Below are positions 57,402 to 64,000 of a stretch of 64,000 bases of DNA, piece by piece (position 1 is the first letter of the stretch; every line of letters begins with the position of its first letter). Source of the stretch: Patescibacteria group bacterium (lineage in GTDB: Bacteria > Patescibacteriota > WWE3 > JAMCXX01); the NCBI GenBank assembly GCA_023474425.1, contig JAMCXX010000003.1:21712-85711 (forward strand). The letters run 5' to 3'. The translations under genes and the position numbers were made by a program. The notes beneath the pieces are model-generated. The model searched no databases. It was not told the origin of the DNA and was given only the letters and a program-made list of their open reading frames with translations.

Positions 57402-58355
57402 TCAGCTAGCTTTGCTGCAAATGCCCCACTCGGTCAGGCCGAACCAGGATGTCAGGTCCGGCGTCGATCGGTACATTCTGGTGGCGTAGCAAACAGGCAG
57501 GCCAATGATTCTTGCCGGATTCCAGAAGTCGTACTTGCTGTAGTACTCCCCGGGAAGCGAAGGATTCAATTCTGCCATTCGAAAGATCCCGGCACGAAAA
57601 TTGTAAATATTTCCATATCCGTCGTTCCAGCTCCAAACTTTTGTGTCCCAGACGGAAGTCGTAATCCCGTTGGATGCCGTCTGCGACGAGCTTCTGGTTA
57701 GAAAGACGTCCGCAACCTTTAATGTTGCCGAAGTCGGCGGCTTTGCGGTCGTATTCGGCAATGTTCGGTCTGTGTACTGGACTCCGGCCGGAACCAATTC
57801 CCCTACCGCAACCTGGTAAGTTCGGGTGCAGGTTTGGTCAGATCTCTGGTAAATCCACACCAAGGCGCGCACGACACGATTATCAACGATATTGAAAATA
57901 TGGACGCCCTGCGTCTGCAGTTTTTGGTCAAACGCTTGGCTTGCCCGCCAGGTTTCTGGGCTGTTGACGAAGTCCGGCGGTTCCGGCGGCGTATCGGTTT
58001 GGACAGTCCAGGTTTGCAAATCTTGCGGTATGCCTAAACCGTCCCAGTTCCAACCGGAAATTTGATTCCCTTCAACCAGCGCGCCGAAGGGAAAGACATT
58101 AACTTTCCCGTTTGAGTTCCAGCAGCTCTCTTTTTCGGGGTAAGCCCATCCCCAGGCGTTGACCACCTGCCGCGGCTGTCCCGGGATGTCAAAGGTCAGA
58201 GTGGGCGTCAAATCCGTTTCCACGGTTAGAATTTTGACCATTGAGGGGTCAATAATTCTCACGGTTACGCCCGATTGCTTTGTGGCGGCTTGGGTCGCCT
58301 CGGTCGCCGCTATTAACACAAACAATATGAGCGCCAAAACTTTGAGTGCTTTCAT
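57402..58355 (-). CDS. hypothetical secreted protein
   Basis: Start moved to the ATG at 58355 behind AAAGGAGGAAAG. Signal peptide MKALKVLALILFVLIAATEATQA. Trp-rich body. Confidence 0.65.
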   Translation of the reverse strand: MKALKVLALILFVLIAATEATQAATKQSGVTVRIIDPSMVKILTVETDLTPTLTFDIPGQPRQVVNAWGWAYPEKESCWNSNGKVNVFPFGALVEGNQISGWNWDGLGIPQDLQTWTVQTDTPPEPPDFVNSPETWRASQAFDQKLQTQGVHIFNIVDNRVVRALVWIYQRSDQTCTRTYQVAVGELVPAGVQYTDRTLPNTTAKPPTSATLKVADVFLTRSSSQTASNGITTSVWDTKVWSWNDGYGNIYNFRAGIFRMAELNPSLPGEYYSKYDFWNPARIIGLPVCYATRMYRSTPDLTSWFGLTEWGICSKAS

Positions 58356-58523
58356 CTTTCCTCCTTTTATTAGACGAACTCTTTCTTCTTGATAAGAGCT
58401 AACCACAAAACGTTGTGAACCGCAAGTCGCTATAAGATACATATTAGAAACATATTGTTTGTTTCGTCCTTCTTTCTAAGTCGAATGGAGTTGACGGTAA
58501 CAATTAGGTTTGCTAGCCTTTAG

Positions 58524-59027
58524 GTGTTAGTAAGTTTTATGACTGCCTATTTTCAGCCTAATATACCCGTACGTCCCAATTTAACTTTCCTAAAGGATCT
58601 CCTGTTAACTTTGCTTTTAATAGTTTCCGCCTTTGTTTTGGGTTTCGCCGTTGACTACAAATATACATTGGTTACCAAGGGGCTTGGTTCGGCCGGAAAT
58701 TTGGTTGGTGGCCCTGTTGTTTCCATCAGCAAAATGGTAGTCGGCAAGGCTATAAAAGTGGAGGGAAAATCCATGACGGTAGAAGCCGGCGGGCAAAAAA
58801 TTAATGTTCAAATGGCTTTAGAAGTTAACATTACGGCCCAGACGTTGCCATCCTCAACGCCCGGTTCCGAAGGAACGCCCAGCGCAGCCGTTGCGCCCAA
58901 GACTTTCCGCGACTTTGGCATTATTCCAGTAGGTAATCAAGTTACCGTTTTTATGGAGATGCAGCCCAACGGGGATTTTGTAGCCAAGTCCGTTTTCCTA
59001 ATACTTCCTAGTGCCAAAGCAAAATAG
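58524..59027 (+). CDS. hypothetical membrane-anchored beta-rich protein
   Basis: 167 aa with a TM anchor. G-K-x-I-K-V-E-G type beta module similar in style to the 11873 and 59041 ORFs. Confidence 0.5.
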   Translation: MLVSFMTAYFQPNIPVRPNLTFLKDLLLTLLLIVSAFVLGFAVDYKYTLVTKGLGSAGNLVGGPVVSISKMVVGKAIKVEGKSMTVEAGGQKINVQMALEVNITAQTLPSSTPGSEGTPSAAVAPKTFRDFGIIPVGNQVTVFMEMQPNGDFVAKSVFLILPSAKAK

Positions 59028-59040
59028 CTTGGGACAGAGT

Positions 59041-59730
59041 ATGAGAGTTTTTAAGTTAATAATTTCGCTCGCCTTTATCTTTTTGGCGCTCAGTTTAGTT
59101 GGTATTCTTAGTTTTAAATTTCCAGCGACGTTTAACAAGACCGCGGTTAAGAGTTCCGGTGTACAGAACTTTTCCGGACGGGTTTTAAGAATTTCGCCGA
59201 GCGAAGAAAATTATATTCTGGATCTTATGGATTTGGAGGCTACATCGGCGGCCAGCAGAATTACCAAGTCTTTTAGCGTCAAAAAGGAAAGTTCCGGTAC
59301 CGCAGTATCGCAGGCGACCGACTCCGCCTCAAAAGATAGTTTTACAACTTCGTTTGGGAATGTCCGTATTGGAGATATACTCAAAGTCACTTATTCCGGC
59401 GAGGCCTCCCCTTATAAAATTTTATCCCTAGAAAATACATCGGCAAAAGAAGATATTCCGCCGCAGCCGGCTTTCTTGCACGGTATTGTGAGTTCTATTT
59501 CCGGAACCACCATGACTATGTACTCTACCGAAAGTGGGACTTACACTTTAAGGGTTGACGGCACTGTTTTAATGGGGCCAATGTACGAAAAAGTAGGAGG
59601 GGTTGAACGGCCCGGCAAACTTAAACCGGTTAAGGATTTTTCCAGTCTTAAAGTTTGGCAGGAGATTTCGGTTTTTTACAGCCGGAATGACGGGGAGGTC
59701 ATAATTCCGGACAGCGTTCTGACTTTCTAA
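59041..59730 (+). CDS. hypothetical membrane-anchored beta-rich protein
   Basis: ATG at 59041 after the previous stop. TM anchor. Repeated GxV..IS / IGDILKV modules. Confidence 0.5.
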   Translation: MRVFKLIISLAFIFLALSLVGILSFKFPATFNKTAVKSSGVQNFSGRVLRISPSEENYILDLMDLEATSAASRITKSFSVKKESSGTAVSQATDSASKDSFTTSFGNVRIGDILKVTYSGEASPYKILSLENTSAKEDIPPQPAFLHGIVSSISGTTMTMYSTESGTYTLRVDGTVLMGPMYEKVGGVERPGKLKPVKDFSSLKVWQEISVFYSRNDGEVIIPDSVLTF

Positions 59731-59737
59731 TGAATCT

Positions 59738-62700
59738 ATGATGATTTATAAAAGGTTCCTAACTAAAATATTTTTAAGGGTGGGTTTGGTTGTTCTGTTT
59801 TTATTATTGGTTAGATCATCCGGCGGTTCTGAAACTCCGGTCTTTGCCGCTTCTGCCGGGGGTATCACTAATCTTCAAAGTGCTTGGGGCTTATGTGACG
59901 GTGGTGGGGCTTACAGTCTTGGTCGCTGTAAGCAAGGCAGCATTAATTACACTATGTATGCTTATGCCTGTGGGGCGGACAACGGAAACGACCCCACCCA
60001 TTGTAATGACAACTGGCAGTTTAATGGCACCCCGACCTGGAACGCCATGCTAAGCAACGGTTACTATGAAATCGGCAAGTATGTCTGGCCGCTGCAGACT
60101 TCCGGAGTTACCCAGAATGATTGGGTTTGTAAAGTTCAGATTGATGTTTTTAATGGTGGTCAGCTGCTTGATTATGTAACTTGGCGGGACCCAGAAAGGT
60201 GTGGTTCTCCCCCGCCGCCCCAAGCCCCCTTTTATACCGCGGTATCCCCGGTTGGCTACGCTTCAGTGTCAAGCTTGTACCCAACATTTACTTGGCAAAC
60301 AAATGCGGACACCTCGGGTATTTCCTACAACAACATCTGTCTTTATGACTACGGTACTTATTCAAGCGGTCCCTGTGTCTTTGGCCCGTCAACTTCGGCC
60401 CGGTCGTTTACCTCTACCGTCGCTATGCCTGCCAGCAATACCATGGCGTGGTTAATTTATGGATGTAAGCCGGGTTGTGCCGGTGGTGGTTACGGTACTG
60501 GTTGGAATTGGTTTGTAACTCCGGCTGTTCCTGGCACCCTCTCTATTTCCACCACTCCTGTTTCCGGAGGAATCTATGTTGACGGGTCGTATGTAGCCAG
60601 CGGCAGTTGGAGCGGCAGCTACTATACCAGCAGTCACACGGTGAGCTTCGGGGCGGTGGGGGGCTACAACACCCCCGGAGCACAGTCGGTCACTGTTAAC
60701 AACGGCCAGACAACTTCCGTTACCGGAACTTACACCGTCCAAAATGGAACTTTAACCATTAATACCACTCCTGTTTCCGGGGCCATATATGTCAACGGCG
60801 GTTACTGGGGTACCGGCTCGGCCAGCAGCACTCTGTCTCCAGGAACTTACACGGTAAGCTTCGGGGCGGTAACGAACTACAATACTCCCGCCAACCAAAG
60901 TGCCACCGTCTATGCAAACCAGACAACTTCCGTTACCGGAACTTACACCGCCTCCAGTTATACCGTCAGCACCTCGGCCGGTTCCGGGGGATCAATTAGC
61001 CCCACTTCGAGCACAGTCAGTTCCGGCGCCACAGCAAGTTTTACGGTAACACCCAACACCGGTTATCATATTGTTTCTGTCACGGGTTGCAGCGGCTCTC
61101 TTTCCGGCAATACCTACACCACCGCAGCCATCTACTCTAACTGTACGGTAGCGGCCACCTTCGCCATTAACACCTATACCATTACCGCCTCGTCCGGCTC
61201 CGGAGGAACAATCAGTCCTTCCGGAACGGTTAGTGTTAATTATGGCGGCAGTCGAACCTTTACCATTACACCCAGCTCAGGATATCACATTAGCAATGTG
61301 GTAGTTGATGGGTCTTCCGCAGGCGCTGTGGGCAGTTATACTTTCTCCAGTGTCACCGCCAGCCACACCATTAGCGCCGCCTTCTTTCTCTATGTGGGCA
61401 CCCTCAACGGTTCGGTTTTTAACGATACCAACGGCAACGGAATCCAGGACGGAGGGGAGTCGGGACTGGCCGGAGTTCCGGTTTACGCTACGGCTAACGG
61501 ATCCAGCTATATTGGCCCGCAAAATACAAATGCCGGCGGCAACGTTAGTTTTAGTAATCTTGACCCGGGGAACTACCGGCTTGAGATAGACCTCTCCTCT
61601 TTCGTTCTTAAGGTTGGCAGTCAGTGGAGCTTGAATAGTTCCGCCTACGGTTATGTTTTAAGCAACGGTCGATATACAACCCAGCAAGGGGCCAACCAGT
61701 TTCCCGTTAACGTAGCTTCGGGCAGTACGATTAATGTTCAACTTGGGACTAAAAACCTGCCCACCAACAGCGTGACGGTTAATATTTACTATGACGCCAA
61801 CGGAGACAGCCAATTGAATAACGGTGAAGGTTTACTTAACGCCTCGGTCAAGCTTACCTGCAGTCCCTCCGGAGTCAACTGCCCCGTCTCCACAACCGTA
61901 TCAAACGGCACAACATCCTACACTCTGCCCCAGGGCACCAACTACACCATTGGTTACGATACCGGCGGCAGCGCTCCCTACAGCACGGTTAACCGGGCAG
62001 ATGTGCGTCCGGCTAGTAATCCCAACCCATTCACCGGCACCGCCTGCGCTGGCCCTTCTTGCTCCGTTAATCTTTCGGGAACGGACATGATTATTGACTT
62101 TCTGGTTACCAACAACTCCGCTCCCTGGATTCAATCTCAAGGCGGCGATGTTTACAGCAACTGTGACACCTCTCACTGCTCGGCCACCAATCCCGGTATT
62201 CTTATTCACGTTAACTCTAATGCCTCTAGCCCCTATTTTATTGCCGGAGGGGGAAATCAAGGCGGCATTGCCCAGGCTTTAACTCCGATTGCCTGTCCCA
62301 CGGGTATGGGAGCCTGTTCCCAAGCCGGTTACCTTTTGCCAAACTATGCCTCGGCTGTTCCCTGGCCGGCCGTAGTTGATAACCTCGCCTCGGGCGGCTG
62401 CAACGCCAACGATTCCGTCTGTTACTTAAGTGGTAGTCTGACCGTTAATAATTCTAACAAGCAGGATTTTCGCAATGGAGTTGGACACCAGTACTTTCAG
62501 AAGGTGGTGGTTGTTAACGGCGATATTACTATTGATGCTTCCCAGGTAGCCAATAACAACAATCCCAACAATCCGGATATTAATGCTTTCTTGGTGGCCC
62601 GCGGTACTTTGACGGTTGGCGGTGCGGCCGGAACCAATGCTCTTTATGTCTCGGGCGGGTTATATGCAAAGAACGGTTTGAGCTTCAACTACTCTCTGAC

Positions 62701-62806
62701 GAATAACCTTCAACCGGCGGTTATTGTGAGCTACAATCCGTATATTCTCACTCAACTCACCTCCGCCTCACAGGCAACCTATACCTGGAGGGAAGTTAGC
62801 CAGTGA
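59738..62806 (+). CDS. large secreted surface protein with tandem PEGA-like, InlB B-repeat-like and SdrD/Cna-B-like domains
   Basis: Signal peptide. Two PEGA-like units (TTPVSGGIYVDG.., TTPVSGAIYVNG..). Two units of form YT(V/I)..SSGSGG(S/T)ISP...GYHI. GSVFNDTNGNGIQDGGESGLAGVPVY. Confidence 0.75.
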   Translation: MMIYKRFLTKIFLRVGLVVLFLLLVRSSGGSETPVFAASAGGITNLQSAWGLCDGGGAYSLGRCKQGSINYTMYAYACGADNGNDPTHCNDNWQFNGTPTWNAMLSNGYYEIGKYVWPLQTSGVTQNDWVCKVQIDVFNGGQLLDYVTWRDPERCGSPPPPQAPFYTAVSPVGYASVSSLYPTFTWQTNADTSGISYNNICLYDYGTYSSGPCVFGPSTSARSFTSTVAMPASNTMAWLIYGCKPGCAGGGYGTGWNWFVTPAVPGTLSISTTPVSGGIYVDGSYVASGSWSGSYYTSSHTVSFGAVGGYNTPGAQSVTVNNGQTTSVTGTYTVQNGTLTINTTPVSGAIYVNGGYWGTGSASSTLSPGTYTVSFGAVTNYNTPANQSATVYANQTTSVTGTYTASSYTVSTSAGSGGSISPTSSTVSSGATASFTVTPNTGYHIVSVTGCSGSLSGNTYTTAAIYSNCTVAATFAINTYTITASSGSGGTISPSGTVSVNYGGSRTFTITPSSGYHISNVVVDGSSAGAVGSYTFSSVTASHTISAAFFLYVGTLNGSVFNDTNGNGIQDGGESGLAGVPVYATANGSSYIGPQNTNAGGNVSFSNLDPGNYRLEIDLSSFVLKVGSQWSLNSSAYGYVLSNGRYTTQQGANQFPVNVASGSTINVQLGTKNLPTNSVTVNIYYDANGDSQLNNGEGLLNASVKLTCSPSGVNCPVSTTVSNGTTSYTLPQGTNYTIGYDTGGSAPYSTVNRADVRPASNPNPFTGTACAGPSCSVNLSGTDMIIDFLVTNNSAPWIQSQGGDVYSNCDTSHCSATNPGILIHVNSNASSPYFIAGGGNQGGIAQALTPIACPTGMGACSQAGYLLPNYASAVPWPAVVDNLASGGCNANDSVCYLSGSLTVNNSNKQDFRNGVGHQYFQKVVVVNGDITIDASQVANNNNPNNPDINAFLVARGTLTVGGAAGTNALYVSGGLYAKNGLSFNYSLTNNLQPAVIVSYNPYILTQLTSASQATYTWREVSQ

Positions 62807-62822
62807 TTGTTGGAAGTAATAT

Positions 62823-63197
62823 TTATTTTTGTTTGGGTAGATATTTCTTAACTTCGTCACCAATAGTTTCCGGAGTTACGCGTGATTTAATAACATAACC
62901 CACCGCTCCCAAAGAGGTTGCTTCTTCGATTATTTTTTCATCTCTCATATTTGAGAGGACAACTATCGGGTTCTTAAACTTTCCACCCTTGATTTTCAAT
63001 TGCTTGAGAACTTCAATACCGGAGTATTCGGGAATTACAAGGTCAAGAATCATTAGATCGGGATTTTCGGAAGATATTTTGCTCAACGCCTCAAGGCCGT
63101 CATAGGCCTGAACGACTTCGTAGCCTAACTTCTCCAGTTCCGATTTGTAAAGGTCGCAGAGAAACTGATCGTCTTCAACGACTAGAATTTTTTCCAC
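62823..63197 (-). CDS. stand-alone response-regulator receiver protein (CheY/PilH-like)
   Basis: ILVVEDD, phospho-acceptor context DLMILDLVIP, and conserved T/K region VLSN...KS. Confidence 0.85.
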   Translation of the reverse strand: MEKILVVEDDQFLCDLYKSELEKLGYEVVQAYDGLEALSKISSENPDLMILDLVIPEYSGIEVLKQLKIKGGKFKNPIVVLSNMRDEKIIEEATSLGAVGYVIKSRVTPETIGDEVKKYLPKQK

Positions 63198-63318
63198 CTA
63201 TTTATTTTGGTATCTTTACGGTTCGTTGTCAATAAAGTCAATATAAGTTAGCAGGACATTGACAGTTCCTATGGCTTTTGACAAACTAATAATACATTGG
63301 CGATTTAGTTTTCTGTCC

Positions 63319-64000
63319 ATGAATTTTTTTGGTTTGGATATAGGCAATTCCTCGCTGAAATTGGTCGAAGTAAAGATAGACCGTTCTAAGGGCAAGGTTT
63401 TAAGTCTTTACGGGAGCAGTTCTCTTTCGCATCCGGTAAATTTAGCCGTCGACGGCCCAGAAGACTTAAAGGAGCTTTCCTCGGTTATCCGTGAGTTTGT
63501 AGACTCTTACTCTCTTTCTTCTAATAAAGTGGTGGTCGCCTTGCCGGAATCGCAAATTTTTACCCGCGTTGTTTCTTTGCCGAAAATGCCGGAAAAGGAA
63601 CTCGCCAAAGCCATGCAATACGAAGCCCAACAATATATTCCCGTTTCCCTTTCCGAAGTTTCACTTGATTATCAAATGATTAGCGACTCGCCGACCTCCG
63701 CTGAACAGATGGAGATTTTAGTTATTGCCGCGCCTAAGACGCTTGTTTCCAAATATCTTAAGGTCTTAAAAGACTCCTCTTTAGAGGTGGCAGCTCTAGA
63801 AACAGAGACTATGGCTGTGGCCCGTTCTCTTATTGCCGACGCCAAAACTCCCTGTTCGCTTGTGGTTAACATCGGTGCCCTGACCACGGACCTCTCGGTT
63901 GTTTCTGGAGCCACCATTCGTTTTACCCGCAGTATTTCCACCGGCGGCACTTCCCTGGCCCGGGCTATTTCCCAGTCTCTCGGTTTTGACCTTAACCAGG
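63319..64000 (+). CDS. pilM: type IV pilus assembly protein PilM (actin-like ATPase), 3' end beyond the window
   Basis: ORF open to the window edge and therefore absent from the ORF track. FFGLDIGNSSLKLVEV, PKMPEKELAKAMQYEAQQYIP, LEVAALETETMAVARS, TDLSVV. Confidence 0.85.
   Translation, partial: MNFFGLDIGNSSLKLVEVKIDRSKGKVLSLYGSSSLSHPVNLAVDGPEDLKELSSVIREFVDSYSLSSNKVVVALPESQIFTRVVSLPKMPEKELAKAMQYEAQQYIPVSLSEVSLDYQMISDSPTSAEQMEILVIAAPKTLVSKYLKVLKDSSLEVAALETETMAVARSLIADAKTPCSLVVNIGALTTDLSVVSGATIRFTRSISTGGTSLARAISQSLGFDLNQ

Overview
The window reads as a gene-dense, streamlined bacterial chromosome segment using the standard genetic code: TGA, TAA and TAG all terminate well-conserved genes. The gene content includes a membrane H+-pyrophosphatase, a secretin-less type IV pilus locus with about ten prepilin-like genes, several reduced housekeeping proteins and many orphan secreted proteins. 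By inference only, this fits a Patescibacteria/CPR-like organism. Housekeeping genes I can support are: S41 and HtrA proteases, RF1 (prfA), L31 (rpmE), hisS, dnaB, efp, an M16 peptidase, a DUF885 protein, lspA, uppS, a polyprenyl synthase, yebC, a Xer-type recombinase, gyrA, hppA, gyrB and holB. There are also two tRNAs, Leu-CAA and Arg-CCG. A type IV pilus locus spans about 43.8-55.9 kb and contains pilB, pilT, pilC, a major pilin, pilD, several alternative and minor pilins, and a DsbA-like oxidoreductase. A CheY-like receiver and pilM sit at 62.8-64.0 kb. Three minus-strand islets look more GC-rich by eye and carry orphan secreted or membrane proteins with their own terminators (10.2-11.7 kb, 19.4-21.1 kb, 56.0-58.4 kb). 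Seven features stand out. (1) A dispersed family of period-7 tandem arrays on a TTGA/TCAA core is concentrated between pilin genes. These arrays encode several prepilin leader peptides and are also translated in frame inside prfA and gyrB. (2) A second family of three-hairpin palindromic elements is present, with one copy translated inside lspA. (3) A self-contained unit has a long leader hairpin, a 77-aa Cys-rich ORF and an ATP-grasp-like protein. (4) A lox/dif-like site lies directly upstream of the tyrosine recombinase gene. (5) tRNA-Arg is bracketed by complementary tRNA-like half fragments. (6) RF1 lacks domain 1. (7) The DsbA-like protein has an apparently circularly permuted segment order. 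All functional calls come from motif recognition by eye; no searches were run.
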